Below, in pieces: positions 28,503 through 37,507 of a stretch of 64,000 nucleotides of DNA. The notes under the pieces were generated by a model. It did no database searches. It was given only the letters and a program-made list of their open reading frames with translations, and was not told the DNA's origin. Origin of the DNA: an uncultured Solirubrobacteraceae bacterium (GTDB lineage: Bacteria > Actinomycetota > Thermoleophilia > Solirubrobacterales > Solirubrobacteraceae); the NCBI GenBank assembly GCA_963697985.1, contig CAVOPM010000002.1, positions 108,660-172,659 of the forward strand. The letters run 5' to 3'. Every line of letters starts with the position of its first letter. Position 1 is the stretch's first letter. The translations under genes were made by a program, and so were the position numbers.

Positions 28503-28546
28503 TGGCATGCCTTGACTTATATTTTGGTATGCCTTATTTTTTGTCA
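28503..28546 (+). promoter_or_regulatory. candidate mntR-mntH promoter/operator (only markedly AT-rich stretch in the window)
   Basis: TTGACT (28513-18) - 16 nt - TATTTT (28535-40), ending 6 nt before ATG 28547. Direct repeats TGG(C/T)ATGCCTT lie at 28503 and 28525, 22 nt apart. Confidence 0.35.
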
Positions 28547-29278
28547 ATGCTAGCCAAGGACTCATTGCGCTCGCCCGCGGTCGAGGACTACTCCAAGGCG
28601 ATCTTCGCGCTCCAGTCCCGCAGCGAAGAGCCGGTCTCTACCACCGCTCTCGCCGCGCGCCTCGGCATCACCGCCGGTTCGGTCTCGGCGATGCTCAAGA
28701 AGCTCGACGAGCTGGGCCTGATCACCCACGCGCCCTACCGCGGGGTGCGCCTGACGGCGGACGGGAGGCGGCTCGCGTTGGAGGTCATCCGACACCACCG
28801 CCTGCTCGAGAGCTTCCTCGCCGACTCGCTCGGCATGTCGTGGGATCGCGTCCACGCCGAGGCCGAGATTCTCGAGCACGTCCTCTCCGACGATCTCGAG
28901 CAGCTGATCGCCACCAAGCTCGGACACCCGACGGTCGACCCTCACGGCGACCCGATCCCGAGTGCCGAGCTCGAGCTCGAGGAGACCGCGACGCATACGA
29001 TGGAGAGCCTGGAGCCGGGGGCGAAAGGGATCTTCGTGCGGATCTCCGACTCCGACCCGGAGATGCTGCGCTATCTGGCCGGATCTGGGATCTCGCCGGG
29101 AGACCGCTTCGCGGTCCGCGCGCGCCAGCCCTTCGGCGGTCCGCTGTTCGTGGTGTTCGGAGCGCGCGAGCACGCGATCGGCGGCCAGCTCGCCCGCGCG
29201 ATGCGTGTCCAGGTCGAGGAACCGCTTGCCACGTCGGCAGGCGCCGGAGAGACGGTGCGGGCCGATGCACGCCACTGA
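28547..29278 (+). CDS. mntR: DtxR/MntR family metal-dependent transcriptional regulator
   Basis: Contains VEDYSKAIFAL...TTALAARLGITAGSVSAMLKKLDELGLI...YRGVRLT..G...A..VIRHHRLLE.FL, ...HPTVDPHGDPIP, plus a C-terminal FeoA/SH3-like domain. Confidence 0.85.
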   Translation: MLAKDSLRSPAVEDYSKAIFALQSRSEEPVSTTALAARLGITAGSVSAMLKKLDELGLITHAPYRGVRLTADGRRLALEVIRHHRLLESFLADSLGMSWDRVHAEAEILEHVLSDDLEQLIATKLGHPTVDPHGDPIPSAELELEETATHTMESLEPGAKGIFVRISDSDPEMLRYLAGSGISPGDRFAVRARQPFGGPLFVVFGAREHAIGGQLARAMRVQVEEPLATSAGAGETVRADARH

Positions 29279-30626
29279 GGCGATCGCGCCGGGAGCACTC
29301 GCCCCCCCGCCGCTGACCGCTGAGGACGCGGCCCGATCACTCGATCGCTCGCGCGTCCATCGCGCCCGCCGTCAGAACAAGCGCTGGCGCCTGCTGTGGC
29401 TGCTCGTTGGCCCCGGGATCCTCGCGATGCTCGGGGAGAACGACGGGCCGAGCATGATCGCCTACGCCTCCGACGGCGCCCAGTACGGGCTCGGCTTCTT
29501 CGTGCCGTTCATCCCGCTGTTGTTCGCGATGGCGTTCGTCTGCCAGGAGATGTGCATGCGCGTCGGCGCGGTCACCCACCGCGGCTACGGCGAGCTCGTG
29601 CTGCAGCGCTACGGAAGGGCGTGGGGATGGTTCGGCGCCGGCGATCTCACGCTGACCAACCTCGTCACGCTCGTCGCCGAGTTCGTCTCGATCCGCGTCG
29701 GGCTGGCCTACTTCCACCTCTCCTCCGGCGTGGCCGTCGCGCTTGGGATGGCGCTCGTCCTGTTCACCCTCAGCGGCGGTCGCTACTGGCGCTGGGAGCG
29801 CATCGTCCTCGGCATGGCGCTCTTTAACGGCCTGTTCCTGCTCGCGGCGATCCTCGTCAAGCCGGATCTCGGGGCGGTTGCCGGGGCGCTCGACTTCACG
29901 CCCTTCCCCGGGGGGAGCTTCAACACGCTCTTGCTGCTGCTGGCGTCCACGATCGGGGCGACCGTGACGCCGTGGATGATCTTCTTCCAGCAGAGCGCCT
30001 CGGCCGACAAGGGCATGACGCCCAGCGACGTCAAACACGGCCGCTACGACACCGCCGTCGGGGCGACCCTCGCGGCGGTCTTTGGCATCGGCGCGCTGAT
30101 CGCCGGTGCGGCGCTGCTGCCGCATAACGGATCGGGCATCCAGGGGTTCGCCGGCGCCGGCTTTCCGGAGGCGCTCAAGCACGTCGCGGGGGGCGCGGCG
30201 GGAGCGGTGTTCGCACTCGGGCTGATCGAGGCCGGCGCGGTCGCGATCCTGACGATCTCCGCCAGCACCGCCTACGCGGCGGGGGAATGCATCGGCGTCT
30301 CCCACAGCTTCAACAGCTCGCCCCGCAACGCCGCGGTCTTCTACGCCGCCAACGTCGGCGTCGCGCTGCTCGCCGCGGTGGTCATCCTGATCCCCGGCGC
30401 GCCGCTGCTCTCGATCGCGCTCAACGCCAACGTGCTCGCGACCGTGCTGCTCCCCGTCAGCCTCGTCCTGATGGTCATGCTCGCCAACGACAAGGGCCTG
30501 ATGGGTCCGTGGGTGAACAGGCGCTCGACCAACGCGATCGGGATCGCCGTGATCTCGTTCGTCGGGCTGTGCGGGGCCGCCTACGGCATCGACTCGTTCC
30601 TGCTCAGAGTCGGCATGATCGGCTGA
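29265..30626 (+). CDS. mntH: NRAMP family divalent metal (Mn2+/Fe2+) transporter
   Basis: Contains GPGILAMLGENDGPSMIAYASDGAQYG, ...ASTIGATVTPWMIFFQQSA, and about 11 TM helices. It overlaps the mntR end by 14 nt. Confidence 0.85.
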   Translation: MHATEAIAPGALAPPPLTAEDAARSLDRSRVHRARRQNKRWRLLWLLVGPGILAMLGENDGPSMIAYASDGAQYGLGFFVPFIPLLFAMAFVCQEMCMRVGAVTHRGYGELVLQRYGRAWGWFGAGDLTLTNLVTLVAEFVSIRVGLAYFHLSSGVAVALGMALVLFTLSGGRYWRWERIVLGMALFNGLFLLAAILVKPDLGAVAGALDFTPFPGGSFNTLLLLLASTIGATVTPWMIFFQQSASADKGMTPSDVKHGRYDTAVGATLAAVFGIGALIAGAALLPHNGSGIQGFAGAGFPEALKHVAGGAAGAVFALGLIEAGAVAILTISASTAYAAGECIGVSHSFNSSPRNAAVFYAANVGVALLAAVVILIPGAPLLSIALNANVLATVLLPVSLVLMVMLANDKGLMGPWVNRRSTNAIGIAVISFVGLCGAAYGIDSFLLRVGMIG

Positions 30627-30883
30627 TGAGGACAACGGCCCCCGTCATCGGTAACCCGGCCCGTCCCGCGGCCGTCGTGGAGCAGGACCCGCGGCGCGAG
30701 GCGTCGTTCGAGGAGGAGCTGATAATGGACCTCGAGCGCGACCAATTCGTGGCCGAGACCTCGCGACCGGTGCCACCGGCCCCGCTCGGCGCACGCGCCA
30801 GCGCCGCGCTGTGGGCGCTGCGGGTGTTCGTGATCCTCGTCGGGCTGATGGTGATCTATACGTTCATCGACCAGCTGAGCTAG
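30626..30883 (+). CDS. hypothetical small membrane protein
   Basis: 85-aa ORF whose ATG overlaps the mntH stop (TGATG). It has a single C-terminal TM helix (ALWALRVFVILVGLMVIYTFI). Confidence 0.4.
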   Translation: MRTTAPVIGNPARPAAVVEQDPRREASFEEELIMDLERDQFVAETSRPVPPAPLGARASAALWALRVFVILVGLMVIYTFIDQLS

Positions 30884-30889
30884 CCGCCG

Positions 30890-32254
<1,365 letters not shown>

Positions 32255-33037
32255 TCAGGCTCGCGACGGATCCGAGCGAAACGCGCGCCGCTGGTCGGAG
32301 CCGAACAGCGGGATCAGGTCGCCGCAGATCTCCACCAAGCGCGAGACCGTGCGAGCGCCGAGCCGCTCGGAGAGCTCGTCGGGCATCAGATTCGTCGTCG
32401 CAACGATCGCCTGCTCGGCCTCGTAGCGCGCGTTGACGATCGAATAGAGCTGCTCCAGCACCCAGTCCGAGCTGTTCTCCGCCCCGAGGTCGTCGAGATG
32501 CAGCAGGTCCACGGCCGTGAGCCGGTCCAGGAAGTCGACCATGCCCTTTTCAGAGTCCATCGATTCACGCAGCAGGTTGAGCAGTCGCGGCAGCGAGTAG
32601 ATCGCCACCGAGCGCCCCGCTCCCAGCGCCGCTTTCGACACCAGCATCGCCAGCGTCGTCTTGCCCGTCCCCACCTCGCCCTGGATCCACAGGCCTTTGC
32701 CGTCGTCGAGGTTGCGCTCGATCGCGCGCACGTAGCGGCGGACCGACTGGATCTGATCGGGGGCGGTCCGCGCGATGTCGCTGACCGGGGGCCGGTCGAA
32801 GGAGACACCCTGATAGCGGCGCGGAATGCGTCCGGCGAGGCTCTTCGTACGGGCGCCGGCGATGCGGCCGGCGCGACAGCCACAGTCGGAGGCCGTGTTC
32901 GTGCCCTCGTCCGTCTGAAAGCCGCTGCCGTCGCACAGACCCAGCGGGCAGGGCTCCTCGCCCGATGCCAACGCCGCGCGCCGCAGGTCGAGGTCGACGG
33001 GCGCGGGAGGCTCGAGACTGCGAATGTCCAAACTCAC
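32255..33037 (-). CDS. DnaC/DnaI/IstB-like AAA+ ATPase (putative helicase loader) with Cys-rich N-terminus
   Basis: Walker A GEVGTGKTTLAM, Walker B LLHLDDLGAE, sensor ATTN, and RTVSRL. The N-terminus reads CPLGLCDGSG...DCGC. ATG overlaps the dnaB stop (ATGA). Confidence 0.75.
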   Translation of the reverse strand: MSLDIRSLEPPAPVDLDLRRAALASGEEPCPLGLCDGSGFQTDEGTNTASDCGCRAGRIAGARTKSLAGRIPRRYQGVSFDRPPVSDIARTAPDQIQSVRRYVRAIERNLDDGKGLWIQGEVGTGKTTLAMLVSKAALGAGRSVAIYSLPRLLNLLRESMDSEKGMVDFLDRLTAVDLLHLDDLGAENSSDWVLEQLYSIVNARYEAEQAIVATTNLMPDELSERLGARTVSRLVEICGDLIPLFGSDQRRAFRSDPSRA

Positions 33038-34428
33038 GCCGCGTAGCGCTCCCCCGCATAGTTCATGAACTTCGGGTACTCCTTGTGGAACGTCAGCGTC
33101 ACGTCGCCGGTTCCACCATTTCGGTGCTTGGCGATGATCAGGTCGGCCTCGCCGGGACGCTCTGAATTCTCCTTCTCGTAGTAGTCATCACGGTAGATGA
33201 ACATCACCAGGTCGGCGTCCTGCTCGAGGTTGCCGCTCTCGCGCAGGTCCGAGAGCTGCGGCTTCTTCGGTGAGCGCTGCTCGACGGCGCGGCTCAGCTG
33301 CGACAGCGCGATCACCGGCACTCCCAGCTCGCGGGCGAGGATCTTCAGGCCGCGGCTCAGCTCACCAATCGCTGTCACCCGACTGTCGTAGCGACTGTCC
33401 GTGCGCATCAGCTGCAGGTAGTCGATGATGATCAGGCCCAACCCTCCCTCGCACTGGCTATGCAGTCGCCGCGCCTTGGCACGGATCTCCAACATGCCCA
33501 CGTCGCTCGAGTCGTCCACCCACAGCGGCGCCGATGCAAGGCGCTGGCTGGCCTTGACGATCTTTGGCCAGCGCTGCTCGGCCACTCGTCCCTTGCTCAG
33601 CTCGTCGCCCTTGATCATGGCCTGGGAGGCGACGAAGCGTTGCGCAAGCTCACTCTCCGCCATCTCCAACGAGAACAGGGCAACCGGCCGAGGACGCTTG
33701 GGGTCAAGCGCCGCGTTCTCTGCGATGTTGCACACGAGCGCGCTCTTTCCCATCGCCGGCCGCGCCGCGATGATGATCAGGTTCCCCGGCTGAAAGCCCC
33801 CCGTGATCTCATCGAGGTCCTTGAACCCCGATGGCGTGCCCGTCAGCGACGTGCCTTCGATCGACAGCCGGTGCAGCTTGTCGAGCTCTTCGTGCAGCAC
33901 CTCCTCGATCGCGCGGAAGTCCTGCTGGCGGTCATCCCGCGCGACCTCCAGCATCGCCTTCTCCGCCAGCTCCACCAGCTCCCGCGGCGCCGCCTGGTGG
34001 CCGAGCACGCTCTCCTGGATCTCATACGACGCCTTCAGCAGCCGTCGCAGCAGCGCGTTCTCGCGCACGATCTGCGCGTAGCGCCGAGCGTGTCCGGCCG
34101 CCGGCACGACCCCCGTCAGCTCGTCCACCGTCGCGGCGCCGCCGATGTCTGCGAGCTTGCCCATCTGGCGCAGGCGGTCGGTCACCGTCAGCACATCCAC
34201 GGGCTCCGACTCGTTGTACAGGGCGAGCATCGCCTCGTAGATCGTCCCGTGACGCTCGCGATAGAAGTCCTCCGCCCGCAGACCCTCCTCGATCACCAGC
34301 GCATACAGCGAACGATCGGACAGCAGGATCGCGCCCAGGACCGACTGCTCGGCGTCCAGGTTGTGGGGCGGGGCGATGACCCCGCCAGCGGCGCCAGCGG
34401 CGCCGTTGGTTTGAGCGACGGCGCTCAT
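33034..34428 (-). CDS. dnaB: replicative DNA helicase DnaB
   Basis: Contains PPHNLDAEQSVLGAILL, Walker A ARPAMGKSAL, IIIDYLQLM, and ALSQLSRAVEQR. ATG at 34428; the ORF track offers TTG at 34482. Confidence 0.92.
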   Translation of the reverse strand: MSAVAQTNGAAGAAGGVIAPPHNLDAEQSVLGAILLSDRSLYALVIEEGLRAEDFYRERHGTIYEAMLALYNESEPVDVLTVTDRLRQMGKLADIGGAATVDELTGVVPAAGHARRYAQIVRENALLRRLLKASYEIQESVLGHQAAPRELVELAEKAMLEVARDDRQQDFRAIEEVLHEELDKLHRLSIEGTSLTGTPSGFKDLDEITGGFQPGNLIIIAARPAMGKSALVCNIAENAALDPKRPRPVALFSLEMAESELAQRFVASQAMIKGDELSKGRVAEQRWPKIVKASQRLASAPLWVDDSSDVGMLEIRAKARRLHSQCEGGLGLIIIDYLQLMRTDSRYDSRVTAIGELSRGLKILARELGVPVIALSQLSRAVEQRSPKKPQLSDLRESGNLEQDADLVMFIYRDDYYEKENSERPGEADLIIAKHRNGGTGDVTLTFHKEYPKFMNYAGERYAA

Positions 34429-34502
34429 CGGTTGGGCGAGTTTAGGGCGGCTACCGCCAGGCCCGGAGGCGTGAACTCGCAATTGAGGGGGATTTTCATG
34501 GT

Positions 34503-34518
34503 GCGAACAGATGTTCGC
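34503..34518 (-). promoter_or_regulatory. candidate LexA (Cheo-type SOS) box GCGAAC-N4-GTTCGC upstream of dnaB
   Basis: Perfect palindrome gcGAACagatGTTCgc in the rplI-dnaB intergenic region, about 80 nt upstream of the dnaB ATG. Confidence 0.4.
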
Positions 34519-34610
34519 AGCCGAGGCGGGGGAATCGGCACCTCCGTATGAGCGGACGGCCGCTCCCGTGCCGCCGCCGGCGCCGCGACCGGCCCTCCGT
34601 GGCGGCCGAG

Positions 34611-35063
34611 TTACTTCTTGGCGACGACCATCGTCTTGACCGTGGCGGTCACGTTCTCGACCACCTCGACCACGACCATGTAGGTGCCGACGTTCTTGAT
34701 CGGCTCCGGCATGTGCACGTTGCGTCTGTCGATCTTCAGCCCGCGCGCTTCTTTGATCGCGCCGGCTATGTCCTGCGCCGTCACCGATCCGAACAGCCGG
34801 CCGTCGGCGCCCGCCTGCTGCGGGACAGTGAGAACCGTCCGGTTGAGCAGGCTGACGTTCTCCTCCGCCTTCTCGACCGCGTTTCGCTCCGCTCGCTCGG
34901 CGGCCTCCTGGCGCTGGCGGATCGCTTCGATCGCTCCCCTCGTCGCGGGCTGCGCGAGCTTGCGCGGAACCAGGTAGTTGCGCAGGTAGCCCTTGGAGAC
35001 GTCTATCACCGTGCCGCGCTCGCCGAGCGTCTCGACGTCCTGCAGGAGTATCGCCTCGGGCAT
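34611..35063 (-). CDS. rplI: 50S ribosomal protein L9
   Basis: Starts MPEAILLQDVETLGERGTVIDVSKGYLRNYLVPRKLA; 150 aa. Confidence 0.92.
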   Translation of the reverse strand: MPEAILLQDVETLGERGTVIDVSKGYLRNYLVPRKLAQPATRGAIEAIRQRQEAAERAERNAVEKAEENVSLLNRTVLTVPQQAGADGRLFGSVTAQDIAGAIKEARGLKIDRRNVHMPEPIKNVGTYMVVVEVVENVTATVKTMVVAKK

Positions 35064-35073
35064 CCCGCCCTTC

Positions 35074-35400
35074 CTACCGTTCTCGATCGCGGTCGCCGCG
35101 TTCGCGGCGCGGTGAGTCCTCGCGGCCGCCCTCGTTCACGTACGGCAGCAGCGCCAGCTCGCGGGCACGCTTGACCGCGCGTGCGATCTGCACCTGATGG
35201 CGCCGGCAGGAGCCGGTGATCCGCCGCGAACGGATCTTGCCCTTCTCCGAGATGAACTTCTTCAGCGACGCCACGTCCTTGTAGTCGACCTGCTCGACCT
35301 TGTCGCGACAGTGCTGGCACGGCTTACGCCTTCCGCTCCCGGGCCCGCCCTTCTTGTCTCGGCGGCGGACCGGCTTGCCGCGACCGCGTGCTTTTGCCAT
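35074..35400 (-). CDS. rpsR: 30S ribosomal protein S18
   Basis: Contains [48 protein letters not shown], with a basic/acidic C-terminal extension. Confidence 0.92.
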   Translation of the reverse strand: MAKARGRGKPVRRRDKKGGPGSGRRKPCQHCRDKVEQVDYKDVASLKKFISEKGKIRSRRITGSCRRHQVQIARAVKRARELALLPYVNEGGREDSPRRERGDRDRER

Positions 35401-35484
35401 CAGCGCCCCTCGCCGACGCTGTGGAAGTGGCTTTCAGGCAGGGATACGTGGGAAAACACAAGACCTCGCTGTACTGGCTTGACC

Positions 35485-35964
35485 CTAGAACGGAATGTCG
35501 TCGTCGCTGCTCGCGGCGACTGGCGCGGGCTGCATGTCCGATTCGTCGATCGGGACATCACCACCCTTGGAAGCCCCGTTGCCCGCTTGACGATCTCCGA
35601 ACTGCCCTCCGCCGGAGGCGTCGTCGCGCGTGCCCAGGAACTGCACCGAGTCGGCAATGATATCGGTTGCCTGACGTTTGGTGCCGTCCTGCGCCTCCCA
35701 CTCGCGCCACTCCAGCCGCCCGTCGATCGCCACGGGACGTCCCTTGGACAGGTAGCGGGCGGCGTTCTCGCCCTGCGCTCCCCATACCGTGACGTTGAAG
35801 TAGTTCGGCTTGTCCTCCCACTCGCCCGTGCTGCCGTTCTTGCGGCGCGTGTTGCACGCGATCCGCAAGCTGCACACCGAGGAGCCGCTTGGGAGCGAGC
35901 GCAGCTCCGGATCGGCGGTCAGGTTTCCGGTCATCACGACCCTGTTTATGTTGGTGGCGGCCAC
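35485..35964 (-). CDS. ssb: single-stranded DNA-binding protein
   Basis: OB-fold N-terminus NINRVVMTGNLTADPELR, a Gly-rich linker, and the acidic tip DDDIPF. Confidence 0.92.
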   Translation of the reverse strand: MAATNINRVVMTGNLTADPELRSLPSGSSVCSLRIACNTRRKNGSTGEWEDKPNYFNVTVWGAQGENAARYLSKGRPVAIDGRLEWREWEAQDGTKRQATDIIADSVQFLGTRDDASGGGQFGDRQAGNGASKGGDVPIDESDMQPAPVAASSDDDIPF

Positions 35965-36125
35965 TGCTGCACTTCCTTTCCGCTTGTTGCTCTACCCCCT
36001 GCCGGGGACGTGCATGTCGTGCTCAAGATGTCGAGCTCCGAGTCTAGACCGGCACGCGGGCGCAACTGCGACGCGATCGGCGCTACCCCGCTAATTGCGC
36101 CCGTTCGAGCTCACCGCGGTCTTCT

Positions 36126-36147
36126 CACCGAGCCGGGGAGCTCGGTG
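36126..36147 (-). terminator. candidate stem-loop downstream of the hydroxylase gene
   Basis: CACCGAGC-6 nt-GCTCGGTG (8-bp stem) about 40 nt after the stop at 36187. No U-tract. Confidence 0.25.
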
Positions 36148-36186
36148 CGCACGCCCGCCGCGGAGCCCGAGAGGGCGGAGCCATAA

Positions 36187-36864
36187 TCAGTCGGATCGGC
36201 TCGGCCGATCAGCGGCCGTGCTTCGCGCCGCCCGCGATGAGGTCCCGAACACCTCATCCCAGTAGGGCGCGCTGATGCCAAATCCGCGCGTGTCGTCCTG
36301 GAAGTGATGGCGCATGTGGCGTTCGCGCAGCATCCTCCCGAGCGCTCCGCGCGGTCGGAAGTGGTGCAGGTAGTAATGGATCATGTCGTAGACCAGGTAG
36401 CCCGCGAAGAACCCCGCGCCGAGCCCCGGCGCGTAGCCGGCGCCGAAGATCACATACAGGACTCCGAACACGAGCGCCCCGAGCGGCATGCTCACGGCGG
36501 GCGGCATCACCAGACGCAGCGGGTCGTTGGGATGATCGTGGTGGACTCCGTGGATGATCCAATGCATCCGCGCCCCAAGACCCTTCTGCGGTTCGAAGTG
36601 GAACACGATCCTGTGCAGCCAGTACTCGAACAGCGTCCACAGCGCGTAGCCGCCGACCACGAGACCCGCGACGACCGCCAGGCTCTGCTTCGAGAGCGCC
36701 CACGCTCCCAGCGCGAGGATCGCCGGCACGAAGATGATCACCGGCACCGCCGGATGCACGCGCGACAGCGCATCGAGCGTCCTCGAGTCGAACATCGGCG
36801 GCGACGCCCGCAGCACGTCTGTCTTGGTGCTCGACTGTTCGCTCATGTCTTCAACCCAACCCAT
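36187..36864 (-). CDS. fatty acid hydroxylase / sterol desaturase superfamily membrane protein
   Basis: Histidine boxes HRIVFH, HGVHHDH, HYYLHH and HMRHH, with 4 TM helices. Confidence 0.8.
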   Translation of the reverse strand: MGWVEDMSEQSSTKTDVLRASPPMFDSRTLDALSRVHPAVPVIIFVPAILALGAWALSKQSLAVVAGLVVGGYALWTLFEYWLHRIVFHFEPQKGLGARMHWIIHGVHHDHPNDPLRLVMPPAVSMPLGALVFGVLYVIFGAGYAPGLGAGFFAGYLVYDMIHYYLHHFRPRGALGRMLRERHMRHHFQDDTRGFGISAPYWDEVFGTSSRAARSTAADRPSRSD

Positions 36865-36935
36865 TCAGCGATGTTATTACCGATGCGCCGCTCGCATAAG
36901 CCCTGGCGCTGGCGCTTCGCGACCCGGCCTGGGGG

Positions 36936-37475
36936 CTATGGGGTCTCGCTGACCGCCGCCTCGGGCTCCGCCTGGGCCTCGGGCTCAGCCTCAGCCTCGG
37001 GCGCGGCTTGGGACTCGGGCCCGGCCTGCGTCTCCGGCTCGGACGCGGTCTCGGCCGGGGCCTCCGCGGCGTGCTGCGGCTCGGATGGGGTCTCGCCCGT
37101 CGGGTCGTCCGCAGGCGCCGGCTCGGCGGCCGGGGCACTCGAGCCCGCGACCTTCATGTCGGGAGCGTCGGGGACGCCCGGCTTGAGCTTGACGATGCGA
37201 AAGCGCAGAATGTCGTCGGCGAGTCGCAGCGAGCGCTCGAGGCTGCCGAGCAGCTCGGGCTTGCCCGCGTGGAACTGCAGCAGGTGATACTCGGCGACCG
37301 TCTTGCGGTCGATCGGGTAGGCCAACGTCCGGGTCCCCCACTCGTCGTGGCGTACGAGCTCTCCCTGCGCCTCGATCGCCGCGCGCGCGTCCGCGACGAG
37401 CTTCGCTCGTACATCCTCCTCGGCCTGCGGGTCGAGCAGCACGACGAGGTCATATGTGGGCGCTGGCAGCGTCAT
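36936..37475 (-). CDS. rpsF: 30S ribosomal protein S6 with long acidic Pro/Ala/Glu C-terminal extension
   Basis: Contains YDLVVLLDPQAEED...HDEWGTRTLAYPI.K...YHLLQF, followed by an ~80-aa PAE-rich tail. Confidence 0.88.
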   Translation of the reverse strand: MTLPAPTYDLVVLLDPQAEEDVRAKLVADARAAIEAQGELVRHDEWGTRTLAYPIDRKTVAEYHLLQFHAGKPELLGSLERSLRLADDILRFRIVKLKPGVPDAPDMKVAGSSAPAAEPAPADDPTGETPSEPQHAAEAPAETASEPETQAGPESQAAPEAEAEPEAQAEPEAAVSETP

Positions 37476-37507
37476 TTCGATCGGCTCGACAGGTTAGCGG
37501 GTTCCCG

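Noticed and set aside
32255-33037. DnaC-like ATPase considered as the IstB helper of an IS21-family insertion sequence.
   Set aside because: There is no adjacent IstA transposase and no terminal inverted repeats. The gene is start-stop coupled to dnaB and followed after 27 nt by purA.
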